64,000 bases of DNA from Candidatus Freyarchaeum deiterrae (GCA_037305845.1 CP147778.1:928001-992000); one strand, 5' to 3'. Counted from the stretch's first letter, positions 10,150 through 20,858 are shown. The notes: a model not told the origin generated them from the sequence alone. Translations and numbers: made by a program.

Positions 10150-10641
10150 CTATTTTTTCTTTTTTACTTCCATTTCGAATGTTATGAAAACCGGGTCGAA
10201 GCCCATTGGGCTGACCAACTTTGATATTCGGTCTCTATCTTTCATACCAACGTTTATTCGGATTTTGTCTACGCCTATTTTTCCCAAAATTTCCAGAGCT
10301 TTATCTGCAAGTATTCTTCCCACTCCCTTTCCCTGTTGGTTGGGGTCTACTATCCAGTTGTACAGGTAGCCCACCATTATTCCTGAGGGTTCTAACCTCG
10401 CCTCAATCATCCCCATGCCTAATATTTTATCATCTTCTTCAGCAACAAGTGTCATTCTCTGGAGTCCAGGGCTGAATAATCGTAGTTTATCTGAGTCCTT
10501 CCATTTTTTAGCATCAAATCCTACACCGATAGAGTCACTAAGTTTCTCCATAAGTCTCATCGTTTGTTCATTATCTTTACTTATATAATTTCGAACCACC
10601 ACAGTCATCGGCTCGCCACCCGTATCTACTTTTATCTTCAA
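10150..10641 (-). CDS. GNAT acetyltransferase (start possibly 10608)
   Basis: VDPNQQGKGVGRIL acetyl-CoA motif A. Confidence 0.85.
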   Translation of the reverse strand: MKIKVDTGGEPMTVVVRNYISKDNEQTMRLMEKLSDSIGVGFDAKKWKDSDKLRLFSPGLQRMTLVAEEDDKILGMGMIEARLEPSGIMVGYLYNWIVDPNQQGKGVGRILADKALEILGKIGVDKIRINVGMKDRDRISKLVSPMGFDPVFITFEMEVKKKK

Positions 10642-11053
10642 AGGGACTTGAGATTAAAAGAATTATAAACTTTTTGAAAATCCCAATGATGAGAATATAC
10701 TCAGCGGTATCCAAGTTCGCAGATGCCAATAGATCCTCACCATAGGTTTGTGGCCTTCTTTACAATAAGGTATATTTCATCAGGATTTTCACATATTTTC
10801 TGAAGATTTGGTTCATTATTTTTATTCTACACATCTGGAAGAGCCGAACGCTAAAAAGATTTCTCTAAAAGCTAAGTGTTTCCAAGAGGTTGGAGAATCT
10901 AGTTTTTAGAGTTGTTTAGGGAATTTAAAGATGTGAAATCCTATTCTTGATAAAAGGACAGATTTCAATAGAACTCAAAATTCAATAGGGATTCCAAAAT
11001 AACCAAAAAATAAGAAAAAAGAGTAAATTATAAAATAAAGGTTAGTTATTCAC

Positions 11054-11398
11054 TTAACCTTTCATTACTAAGGCGACAATACCACCGATGATTTCGAGTG
11101 CACCAACTATTAGAGCAAAGAACAAACTGTAAGCTGATATGAGTCCGAATAAAATTGTTAATATACCAGCAATTAGGACTAGAATCGCGCTAATTGTAAC
11201 TGCTTTTCCAGCAACCAGCAAGATTGCGAATATCAAAGCTAAAGCAGATCCGATGAAGACAAGAAATGCCCACATTATTGAAACAGGAGTAAGTGTGAGA
11301 GCTACTGCTGCTGCGCCCATCATTAGAAAGCCGTAAAGGAATCCTACGATTGCTCCAATGAGTGCTATTATGCCGCCAATTTGATTTCCAGATGCCAT
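11054..11398 (-). CDS. Small four-TM membrane protein (paralog of 12626-13120)
   Basis: Hydrophobic helices; LVAGKAVTISAILVLIAGI vs LIAGKGMKVAAILLLIAGI. Confidence 0.75.
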   Translation of the reverse strand: MASGNQIGGIIALIGAIVGFLYGFLMMGAAAVALTLTPVSIMWAFLVFIGSALALIFAILLVAGKAVTISAILVLIAGILTILFGLISAYSLFFALIVGALEIIGGIVALVMKG

Positions 11399-11924
11399 TT
11401 TTATATTACCTTCTTTTTATTTTGTATTTACAAGTTTCGATAAAATTGAATTTAAATGTTTTCGGTTATTGCCTCTAGGTTCACGGTGAATGCCGAAGTC
11501 TTTTTCTTATTTGCATGGAAATTATGCATAGTTATGTATAATATTTAATTTTTTTATGAGTGGAAAAAATATAGATTAAAAAACATATAAATCAGTTTTA
11601 CTATAATTTAAGAAACGTTAGGTTTAAGGAATTGTTAGTTTCCGCACCGGATTTCTAAAAGCTCTATTAGTCCTCTTTTTGCTTAAAGAAGGTTTTATAT
11701 AGCTTCTTTTGGCGAAATCGGGACCTTCAAAAAACCCATCACTTCTATTACTATTCAGTCAAAAAAAGGTAATTCCCAGTTTGCACTAGAAATTCTTTAC
11801 ATACCAACGTGTCAAGACTTTTCACTCCAGAAAATGTAAAGAAAATTTCAGGAGACATTAGTCCTGAAAAATTAGTTTAAGTTATTTAGGGATTTAGCTG
11901 GTTTCATCAATTATATTTTGTTCT

Positions 11925-12215
11925 TTAATTATCATTTGCCTTCGCATTTGACGCTGAGGCATCGGGTTTTTGTTTTCAGTTTAACTAGTGACAGGTTGCA
12001 CTTTGGATACTTCTGATCCAGTAATACACCGGTGGTGGGAAGTTTGAAGGCGGTTTTGCATCCTTTGTAGTAGTTCTCACAGCCCGCTATGAGCCCCCCT
12101 CCTCCTAGAAGAAATATTAGTGATCCGCCGCAGTTTGGACACTTTAATCCATTTTTTAAACTTACGATACGATGTCATCAGAGTTTTTGCAGCATCTATC
12201 AATACATGCTGTATA
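11925..12215 (-). pseudogene. Degenerate duplicate of the helicase C-terminal Zn-ribbon region
   Basis: Aligns with 13653-13945; LKCPNCGGSLIFL..AGCENYYKGCKTAFKLPTTGVLLDQKYPKC; indels and stops upstream. Confidence 0.85.
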
Positions 12216-12625
12216 GCATGAAAGCGTAGATATTAAGAGCGAAGCCAGAAAACCTTCCCTAATATTGTTGTCTGTTGCTCACAGAATATTATTTATCGAA
12301 TTATTATAAGGGAAGACTTATCCCGAGACACTCTCGCGAACATCTCATATTTCTGATCGAACCGAGTGTAAGATGAATCAATCTCATAAAAAGAATAAAT
12401 TGGAAAAAAAGTTCTGAAGATTTTTCTAGACGTATTAACCATGCTATAAGGATAAGAGAATATATCTTTTAACTCTTTTACTGTTTAATGGACTAAAAAC
12501 ATAGAGATATGACTTGTTCTTTAATAAAGTATAATTTTTAGTGGTCGATAACTGTTAACCACTTAAGATTAATAATAAATAAAAAAAATAGAAAGGAGCG
12601 GATGTGAAAGAAGTAGGCATTATTT

Positions 12626-13120
12626 TTACGATAGTGCACCAGACATCAAAGCGATGAAAGCGAAAACTACTATAGCGATACCAGGGAGCGCAAGAATAAT
12701 GCCACCAACAGCGCTGTATCCGCCGCCACCACTTGAAAGTGAGAAAATCAAGGTAGAAAGGACTATTACAATTCCTGCAATGAGGAGTAGAATTGCGGCT
12801 ACTTTCATTCCCTTTCCCGCAATTAACATAGCGCTAGTTACAAGGGATACGAATGCCCCGATAATGATGAGATATCCCCAAATCGGTGAAATAACTGGAG
12901 TCGTCGCAAGCTCTATGAGAAAAATCATAGAGTACGATGCAATGAATGCTGGTGGAAGTCCTGACGCCACCAAAGATAGATAATCTAAGAGAATGGACGA
13001 ATAAACTTGCTGGGTGGCACTTGCTGCAAGTAGAACAATGAGGCCTATTACAATTGTACCGAATGAAGTGAGTAGTGCTAGTATGCCGCTGACTAGAATT
13101 CCTGTTGTGCGTTCAGACAT
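12626..13120 (-). CDS. Multi-TM membrane protein
   Basis: Hydrophobic helices; paralog of 11054-11398. Confidence 0.75.
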   Translation of the reverse strand: MSERTTGILVSGILALLTSFGTIVIGLIVLLAASATQQVYSSILLDYLSLVASGLPPAFIASYSMIFLIELATTPVISPIWGYLIIIGAFVSLVTSAMLIAGKGMKVAAILLLIAGIVIVLSTLIFSLSSGGGGYSAVGGIILALPGIAIVVFAFIALMSGALS

Positions 13121-13652
13121 TTTCCAAAATCACCCTCTCTTTTTTTTATGTTATTTGATTGTAACTTTATTTAAATGTTTTGGAACACGCAGCCGTTGGG
13201 TCACGTTGAGTGCTGAAGTTAATTCTTTAATCGCAAAAAAATTATTCAGAGTCATATGTTTGCATATTTTATATTTTTACAAGTAATAGAATTATAAGTT
13301 AGTTATGTAAAAATAAACAATAATTTAAAATATAAGAGCACTGGATTTTCTTTATACTAACGGGTTGTGATTTTTCGAGGGCCTCGGTCCCCCCAAAAAA
13401 AGAAGCTATTGGAAGTAAGTCTCCTTTAAGCAAAGGGAGGAATAGTAGGGCGCTTAGAGAACTAAGATAAAAACCCGCGACGAGCTAGCCAAAGGTATTC
13501 TCCGAGAGTTGTGTACCAGAGACTTTTACGTCCCGGTGCACCAAACTGCTTATTCCCAAAAATAGAAAGAAAATTTCGGGAAGCGTTCGTGCCTAAAAAC
13601 TTTAGCTTAGGGTCTTCGGCAGTTGTGGTTTCTTTACTAATTTTTTTATTCT

Positions 13653-16600
13653 TTAATTTTTATTCGCTTCACATGTGGTGCTGAGGCATCGGGTTTTTGT
13701 TTTCAGTTTAACTAGTGGCAGGTCGCATTTGGGACATTTCTGGTCGAGTAGCACGCCTGTGGTGGGAAGTTTGAACGCGGTTTTGCATCCTTTGTAGTAG
13801 TTCTCGCAGCCCGCTACAAGTCCTCTCTTTCTGAGGAATATTAGAGAACCGCCGCAGTTTGGACATTTTAGGTTCATTTCGTTGAATTTTCCCTGTATAA
13901 TGTTGTCTGCGTTTTCGCAGCTTCTATCGATGCATGCCTGTATGGAGAAAACATAGTCTGCTTTGAACATGGGCAGCCCACATTTACTACACTTCTGATC
14001 GGTCAGAGTTGCGTTTACTGGAAGCTTGTAGGTGATTCCGCACTCTTTGCAGATGATTTTGTTGTTTTCCTTTGAGAGCCACCCTCCGCATGTTTTGCAT
14101 TTTCCAACTGCTACTTGCACTTGTTGTTTCTTCGGTTCTGTTTTATTTTCCTTTTTTGTGGTTTCTTGTATTTGGATGGTTGGGATGCTTTCAGTTTGAG
14201 AGGTGAAGCTTTGTAAATCTGAGTAAAATGTTTTCTTTTGGGGTGAAATTTTCTTCGGTTGGACTATTATTCTATTTTGTAATGCGGTTGGCTGGTTTTC
14301 TGTAGCTTTTTGAGTTTTTGTGGTTAATTCGGGAATTATTTCTAACGGGCGGGTTACTGGTTTTAGGTCTACGGAGGGTTTGGAGATTGGTTTTATGGTT
14401 GTTTGCAGTGTTTCGGGGGTTCTGAAGATATCGAGGTAGTCTATTTTAATCTTGCATTCGATTGGGGAGTTTGAGGTGTTTAATTTTAGGGGTAGGGTCC
14501 AAGGTTCATCTTTTGATATGGTTGCGGGTTTTTTGAGGAGTTCGTTGTCATTAAGCCATATGGTTATTAGAAAACGTCCGGATTTTCCGTTGTTTTGCAC
14601 GGTAATTTGGAGTTCCATAATGTTTTCGGGTTCGGGGATTTGGTTTATTTTCATGCTTATTGTTGCTTTGGGTAGTTTTTTTGCTTCCTCTAATATTTTT
14701 TTGGACATTTTGGGTAGAAGCCCTATTCGGGTCAGGTCGTACGCAGACATTTGTAAAAGTTGATCGAGGCTTTTAACACCACCCTGTAATAAGACGTCTG
14801 CTGTCTTGGGACCTATTCCTGGTACCTGGGTCAGTTCAATCTGCTCGTCGATAGCGCCTTTCTCAAGTTTGAAGCTTAGTAGCTTTATACTTCTTGAGAT
14901 TTCTTCTTCTAGCTTTAGCTCTGTGGCGAGTCTCTCTAGAGCTGCTAGCAGGCGTAGGGCGTTTTGTTTAATTATCCAGGAGTCAGCTCGTAGGTCTTCC
15001 ATGATTTTGATTTGTTTAATATAAGAAAGAAGGATTGCGAACACCTTTTTCTGGGATTCGTTGAGATCTTTCGTGGAATGCGTATCTATGTCTGAAATTA
15101 CTGTTTTCAGAAATTTCTTTTCAACTCTACGGACTACGATGTCTGCGAACTCTTTGGCTCTTGAGACTAGTGATAGAATATTGGTTTCTTCTGATATGTT
15201 CTTAATGTTGCTGTAGAAAAGCTCGGCGGTTTCTAGTTCTAGGTAGTAGGTGCATGCTATTTCCGCGAGTTTGGTGGCTTTGAAATTGTTGTTTTCTCGT
15301 GTTATAAATCCGTGCTCTTCTAGCCATCGGACTTTGCTTCTGATTTCGTCTTCCAGAAATTTTAGAGCCGCTTCTCCTTTGCGGTTTTTTTCTCTGACGT
15401 AGAGAAAGCTGGCCTTTATCCAGTTTAAGGCGTTTTCTTCGTTTTCTACGGTTCCTAAAACTATCTCGGCGTTTAGATGTTCGGGAAGGGTTTCTAGAAA
15501 TCTTGACTCTAGGTCTCTTTCCTTGAAGAGTAGGTTCCTGTATTTTTGTACGTCTTCATTTCTTACGATTACCCATCCTATTCCCTCATCGTCGTATTGA
15601 GGCCTACCCGCTCTTCCAAGCATTTGAAGGATGTCTAAGGGGCTGATTTCTCTTTCTCCCCTTAGAGCGTCGTAGACGTAAGTGTCTCGTATAACCACTG
15701 CCTTCGCCGGAAGGTTTACACCCCAAGCCAGAGTGCTTGTGGAAACTAAGAGTTTTATTAATCCTTTTCGGAAACAATCCTCAACTATCTGACGATCGCC
15801 GTGACCCAGCCCAGCGTGGTGGAAGGCTACACCTTTGGTGAACACTTCTTTTAAAAGTGTGTTTTTTAGTTGGTTAGAGATTTTTTTGAGTTCAGCTAAT
15901 TCTTGAGGGGTACAGTAAGATAGGGATTGCTCCTCCCAAACTTTTGCGATTTTGTTGGCAGCAAGTCTGGTGTCTCTTCTACTGCCTACAAAGATGAGAA
16001 CCTGGTTGCCCTCAGCCAGTACCCAACCTGATAAGTCCAATGCTTTGAAAAGCCGCAGGTACAAGTTGTAGAACTTGTTATTAGTTTCTTTGTACGGATA
16101 GACGTCGAAACTTAATGGTACTGGTCTTGCTGAGGAATCGAAATAAAAAGTGAAGTTTTCCTTCGCCCCGATCCATTCAGCAACTTCCCGGTAATTCGGC
16201 ATTGTAGCGCTTAGAGCTATTATTCTCAAGGGTACGGCATTAACTTCTGCGAGGCGCCTCATTCGAGAAACAATTGCTTCTAGGACTCCGCCCCGATTGT
16301 CCGAATCTAAGAGATGCGCCTCATCGATGACAATGAGTGAAACATTGTTTACAAAATTATAACCCCTCTTGTTCCACTTTCTACTCGTGCTGTCCCACTT
16401 TTCTGGAGTTGAAACAATAATCTCCGAGGCATTGGCTTCGTAGGGAGAAATTTCCTCGTCACCGGTAGTTATGTATACTTTATAGCCGAGCTTGCCGAAT
16501 ATGTTCCCCCATTTCTCCTCCTTTTCATAAGTTAAGGCTTTTAGCGGTCCCAAGTAGAGCGTCTTCCCCGAAGACCCTAGTTTCCTGATCATTGCTAGCT

Positions 16601-16805
16601 CTGCGATAACTGTTTTCCCACTGGCGGTGGGAGCGCATACCACGATATTTTCATCGGTGTTCAAAACAGAAGGCAAAACAACGGATTGGACACGGTTAAA
16701 CTTCTCAAAGGGAAACAGCTCCCTAAATTTCTCAGAAATAGTGTCTTTAACCGATAACTCATCTGACAACAATAGTCCCCTAAAAGTATTACTAGTTAGT
16801 ATCAC
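13653..16805 (-). CDS. Ski2-like SF2 helicase (Mer3/Brr2/Hel308 group) with Sec63/HhH region and C-terminal Zn ribbons
   Basis: APTASGKT, STPEKWDSTSRKW, DEAH, SAT, QMLGRAGRPQYD, HLNAEI, VPGIGPK, multiple CxxC. Confidence 0.9.
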   Translation of the reverse strand: MILTSNTFRGLLLSDELSVKDTISEKFRELFPFEKFNRVQSVVLPSVLNTDENIVVCAPTASGKTVIAELAMIRKLGSSGKTLYLGPLKALTYEKEEKWGNIFGKLGYKVYITTGDEEISPYEANASEIIVSTPEKWDSTSRKWNKRGYNFVNNVSLIVIDEAHLLDSDNRGGVLEAIVSRMRRLAEVNAVPLRIIALSATMPNYREVAEWIGAKENFTFYFDSSARPVPLSFDVYPYKETNNKFYNLYLRLFKALDLSGWVLAEGNQVLIFVGSRRDTRLAANKIAKVWEEQSLSYCTPQELAELKKISNQLKNTLLKEVFTKGVAFHHAGLGHGDRQIVEDCFRKGLIKLLVSTSTLAWGVNLPAKAVVIRDTYVYDALRGEREISPLDILQMLGRAGRPQYDDEGIGWVIVRNEDVQKYRNLLFKERDLESRFLETLPEHLNAEIVLGTVENEENALNWIKASFLYVREKNRKGEAALKFLEDEIRSKVRWLEEHGFITRENNNFKATKLAEIACTYYLELETAELFYSNIKNISEETNILSLVSRAKEFADIVVRRVEKKFLKTVISDIDTHSTKDLNESQKKVFAILLSYIKQIKIMEDLRADSWIIKQNALRLLAALERLATELKLEEEISRSIKLLSFKLEKGAIDEQIELTQVPGIGPKTADVLLQGGVKSLDQLLQMSAYDLTRIGLLPKMSKKILEEAKKLPKATISMKINQIPEPENIMELQITVQNNGKSGRFLITIWLNDNELLKKPATISKDEPWTLPLKLNTSNSPIECKIKIDYLDIFRTPETLQTTIKPISKPSVDLKPVTRPLEIIPELTTKTQKATENQPTALQNRIIVQPKKISPQKKTFYSDLQSFTSQTESIPTIQIQETTKKENKTEPKKQQVQVAVGKCKTCGGWLSKENNKIICKECGITYKLPVNATLTDQKCSKCGLPMFKADYVFSIQACIDRSCENADNIIQGKFNEMNLKCPNCGGSLIFLRKRGLVAGCENYYKGCKTAFKLPTTGVLLDQKCPKCDLPLVKLKTKTRCLSTTCEANKN

Positions 16806-16862
16806 TAATCTTTCAGAGCCTTAAAAGAATTTTGAAGCCACCGCCTTATGGCATGTGAGTTT

Positions 16863-18227
16863 TTAGACTTTTTTATTATTGCCTAGTTTAGTTACAAGTT
16901 TTTCCACTTGTTCAACTGCAGTGCCGATGTACTGCTTGGGGTCTAGCCAATTGTTCAATTCATTTTCGGTTACTAATGTCTTGAGTTTTTTATGGCTGAG
17001 TATTGCATTTTTTAGTGGGATGTTTTCTTGGCGGCACTTTATTGCTAGTTGGCGGAGAATTTCATGGGCTTCCTGCCTCCCCAGGCCCTTTTCCACTAGT
17101 TTCAGCATTACGTTTTCGCTCATGTATAGTCCGCCTTCAAGTTCGAGGTTTTTCTGAATATTCTGGTAGTTGAATTCTAATCCTTTTAGTATGGAGATGA
17201 GTTCGGTTAGAATGTAGTCTAGGAGTATGTAGGATTCGGGAAATATTATACGTTCACTAGAGGAGTTTGTTAGATCTCTTTCATGTTCAATTAGTGCAGC
17301 GTTATCAAGAGCAGGTATGGTGTGCGAAAGTATAACGCGGGATACTCCACAGACTCTTTCTGACCTGTGTGGGTTTCGCTTTTGGGCCATGGTGGATGAA
17401 CCTACCTGTTTCTCTGCGAAGGGCTCGAAAACTTCAGCGATCTCGGTTCTCTGAAGGTTCCTAATTTCTTTAGCGATTTTGGTTAGAGTTGCAGCTATCA
17501 GGGCGTTCAGAAAGATTAGTTCGGCATAAACGTCACGCTGAACTATTTGGTTGGTTATCTCGGCTTCCTCTATGTTTAGGTCTTTCATAACAAGTCTCTG
17601 AATCTCGAATCCTTCTTGGCCGAAACTAGCCATTGTTCCCACGGCTCCACTCATTTTCCCGACCAGACCTCTTTTCTTATATTCCTCGATTCTCTCGATA
17701 TGTCTGTTTATTTCACTAGCCCAGATGGCGAACTTCATTCCGTAGGTGAAGGGTACAGCGTGTTGACCGTGTGTTCTCCCTATACAGATTGTGTTCTTGT
17801 GTGTGGAAGCTAGACCTAAAAGAACATCTTTAAGGGTAACAAGTTTTGAGGAAAGTATCTTTATCGCGTCTCTTAGGATAAGAGCCCAAGCAGTGTCCAC
17901 TATATCATAACTAGTTGCGCCCAAGTGCACGTATTTTCCAGCATCTCCCTCACAAACTTCGGATAAGGCTCGCACCATAGCCATGACATCGTGTTGAATC
18001 TCCTTTTCCAACTCGTTAACCCTATCGAGCTTGACATAGTCCAAAGATGCTTTTTTTGATATTTCCTCCGCCGCCTCGTTTGGTATGTCTCCCAGAGCAG
18101 CGTGAACCCTAGCTAATGCGGATTCCACGTCAAGCCAACTCTGAAGCTTATTCTCTTCTGTGAAAACTTGCTTCATTTCTGGGTTGAAGTATCTATATTC
18201 TATTGGATGTACTGACATTCCACACAC
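16863..18227 (-). CDS. purB: Adenylosuccinate lyase
   Basis: GRTHGQHA, GSSTMAQKRNP, HERDLTNSSSER. Confidence 0.95.
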   Translation of the reverse strand: MCGMSVHPIEYRYFNPEMKQVFTEENKLQSWLDVESALARVHAALGDIPNEAAEEISKKASLDYVKLDRVNELEKEIQHDVMAMVRALSEVCEGDAGKYVHLGATSYDIVDTAWALILRDAIKILSSKLVTLKDVLLGLASTHKNTICIGRTHGQHAVPFTYGMKFAIWASEINRHIERIEEYKKRGLVGKMSGAVGTMASFGQEGFEIQRLVMKDLNIEEAEITNQIVQRDVYAELIFLNALIAATLTKIAKEIRNLQRTEIAEVFEPFAEKQVGSSTMAQKRNPHRSERVCGVSRVILSHTIPALDNAALIEHERDLTNSSSERIIFPESYILLDYILTELISILKGLEFNYQNIQKNLELEGGLYMSENVMLKLVEKGLGRQEAHEILRQLAIKCRQENIPLKNAILSHKKLKTLVTENELNNWLDPKQYIGTAVEQVEKLVTKLGNNKKV

Positions 18228-18413
18228 CTCAAAAACGCTCTACATTTTCCAAAGGATACAGAAAACATTAAAAGGATATCCCTCTCACTGTTAAAATCCA
18301 ATAAATGAAGAAAATTCTTAACAACAACTCCCTATGCCTGAAAGATCTGGTTTGGAAATGTTTTGTTGTAAGGATTGAATATTAATTATTTAAAAGTCTA
18401 AGGGTGAAATAGT

Positions 18414-19568
18414 TTGCGTGGAAATGACGAAGATCTTTTGATGATTCCGGGACCCACAAACGTTGCGGATAGTACACTCAGAGCTATGTCTCGCCAAATG
18501 ATTAATCACAGAGGAAAGGAGTTTGGAGAAATTCTCACAGAATGCACAGAGAATTTGAAGAAGGTTTTTAGAACCCAAAACGCCCTCTTTATTCTCTCCT
18601 CCTCGGGAACCGGAGCAATGGAGGCTGCCATTGCTAATATACTAGAACCCGGCGACAAGATTCTTTGTCCAAATTATGGAAAGTTTAGCGAAAGGTTCAA
18701 ACTGATTGTGGAAGCTTTTGGAGGAACACCCGTTGAGTTACCCATCGAGTGGGGAGACGCCCCGGAACCAGGACTAATCGAAGAAACATTAGATAGAGAA
18801 GATAATATCAAGGCGGTAACAATCACTCAAAATGAATCGTCAACAGGTGTAAGAGTTCCTCTTGAGGATATAAGTAAAATAGTGAAAAAGCACGACGCCC
18901 TGTTGATTGCGGACACAATTTCAAGTATGGGCGGTGACAACCTTCCAGTTGATGACTTGGAAATTGACTTTTGCATTTCGGGTGCACAGAAATGTTTTTC
19001 ACTACCTCCTGGTTTAGCGTTCATTTCGGTATCCGAGAAAGCTTGGGAAGTGATAAACAGAACTAAGAGGAGAGCATTCTATTTCAGCCTACCAGCCTAT
19101 CTTAAGAGTTACAAAAAGGATCCACCAGAGACCCCTTACACACCTGCCTTGACATTTTACTACGCTCTGCAAAATTCTCTGAGGCTCATGCTGAAAGAGG
19201 GACTCGATAATGTAATTGCTCGTCACCAAAAGGCTGCTCAAGCCACCAGAGGAGCGATTCAAGCTCTTGAACTAGAATTTTTCCCAAAGAGAGAGGAGCT
19301 CTACTCAGTAACGGTAACCGCGGTTCGAATACCCGACGGTGTTCAGGACAAGGAATTGCGGGGAACTATGCAGAAGGAGTACGGGGTTTTGGTATCCGGT
19401 GGACAGGATAAATTGAAAGGAAAAATCTTCAGAATTGGCCACATGGGGCAAGTTACCGAAAAAGAAATTCTAGCGACCATATACGCATTGGAAAAAGCCC
19501 TAAAAAAACAGGGTCTAAAAATAGAACCCGGAGCGGGAGTAGAAGCAGCGATTAAAGCATTAACCTGA
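18414..19568 (+). CDS. Class V PLP aminotransferase (serine-pyruvate/alanine-glyoxylate type)
   Basis: MIPGPT, SGTGAMEA, GAQKCFSLPPG, FRIGHMG. Confidence 0.93.
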   Translation: MRGNDEDLLMIPGPTNVADSTLRAMSRQMINHRGKEFGEILTECTENLKKVFRTQNALFILSSSGTGAMEAAIANILEPGDKILCPNYGKFSERFKLIVEAFGGTPVELPIEWGDAPEPGLIEETLDREDNIKAVTITQNESSTGVRVPLEDISKIVKKHDALLIADTISSMGGDNLPVDDLEIDFCISGAQKCFSLPPGLAFISVSEKAWEVINRTKRRAFYFSLPAYLKSYKKDPPETPYTPALTFYYALQNSLRLMLKEGLDNVIARHQKAAQATRGAIQALELEFFPKREELYSVTVTAVRIPDGVQDKELRGTMQKEYGVLVSGGQDKLKGKIFRIGHMGQVTEKEILATIYALEKALKKQGLKIEPGAGVEAAIKALT

Positions 19569-19868
19569 ATTTCCCTCAAATACCATTTTATCCACTTGAA
19601 AACTTTCAGCTGGAATCATTATCTTTCATATTTAAGAAAGAAAGATTTCAACCAGAATTTAATAAAATATTTCAGGCCCCTCATATCAATATTAAAGGGA
19701 ACCAGATTTTCTTTTTTTTTTATACTTGTTGGTTTCATTTTCAATTGCAAAAATATGCTAATAATAATCTTCGATTCCGATAAAAGGATTAAAACGATAT
19801 AGCATGATAACTATCTAAAAACAGCGTCTGCGAGGTTTCCAGTGAACTATTTACAGAAAGATGATTAG

Positions 19869-20069
19869 CAAGAAAGCCCCGGTTCCTTTATGGCGGGGAT
19901 GAATTGCGTGGAGTTTAAATACCGAGAAAAAGAAGAAAGAAGATAATAAGGCTTGCTCACCCGAAAAATAAGAAGGATGCGGAAGCCGTTAACAGGGCGG
20001 TGACACGCCCCACACTTCTAACAACAGAAGTGCAGAACCCCCAACCTTTCAAGGTGGGGAGTATGTCAG
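19869..20069 (+). mobile_element. Non-autonomous IS200/IS605 mini-element (both ends, omegaRNA-like 3' region, no ORF)
   Basis: TTAG|CAAGAAAGCCCC..TTTATGGCGGGG left-end hairpin; GAACCCCCAACCTTTCAAGGTGGGGAGTATGTCAG right end. Confidence 0.8.
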
Positions 20070-20222
20070 CACAATCCTAAAACAGTTGGAAAAGTAGAGA
20101 CCCCAATTTTCCTTTTGGGAATTAGGGGGTGTTTGGGCTTTGACCGAAAAGGTATTATTTTGCCCAATTTAAATCAATTATAAATCTGAAGGTTTGAAAC
20201 CTTCTTTTCTTCCCCAAGTTGG

Positions 20223-20606
20223 CTATACTCCTTTTTCTACATCTCTTGCGATTTCTTTGAAGAGTATTTTTCTGCCTTCTCGGGTTGGTATTACTTTTTT
20301 TCCTTCGATTTTGACTAGCCCTTTTCTTGCCATTATGACAACTTCTTGTTCAATTTGCCATTCTTCAGCGTCTAGATATTTTGCTATTTCGCTGATAGTT
20401 TCTCTATGTCTTAGGCTTTCGAGGATGTTTCTGTAGGATACTTTTTCTCCTCTTTGTTCTCTTTGTATTAATCCACAAACGCTGCAAATTCTCAATCTTC
20501 TCGATGAATCGTAGAGAACTGCACCGCCGCAAGCTTCACATTTTTGGGTTGTTTGCTGCGTGCCATACCATTTTCCAGATGGCTGAGGGGATTCTTTCTT
20601 TGACAT
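20223..20606 (-). CDS. TFIIB-type Zn ribbon plus winged-helix protein
   Basis: CEACGG...ICSVCG; ISEIAKYL...MARKGLV. Confidence 0.7.
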   Translation of the reverse strand: MSKKESPQPSGKWYGTQQTTQKCEACGGAVLYDSSRRLRICSVCGLIQREQRGEKVSYRNILESLRHRETISEIAKYLDAEEWQIEQEVVIMARKGLVKIEGKKVIPTREGRKILFKEIARDVEKGV

Positions 20607-20858
20607 TTAATACACCTCACTAGAAAGACGAGCATGCAAGTTATTATTTATTTTCATGTATTTTTAATTTTAAATTTATGGAAAATTGGTTATTAATTAA
20701 AGTAAAGGTATTTAATGTCAGGTTATATTTTTTACTAATTCACTGCTGCGTAATGCATAATAGAAAAAAGATAAAAATTCGAGTAATTTATAGATAACTA
20801 TTAAATCGCAATGGTTGACAGTATGCTTGTTGGAGGATTATTTCGGATAACTTGAAAT

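Larger units (their letters stand above)
11054..13945. repeat. Old tandem segmental duplication (units ~11054-12215 and ~12626-13945)
   Basis: Paralogous membrane genes, homologous upstream DNA and a duplicated helicase 3' end, in the same order. Confidence 0.85.

Noticed and set aside
10864-10996. Imperfect inverted repeats between the GNAT and membrane genes
   Set aside because: No target-site duplication or second copy; cannot be distinguished from terminator or chance
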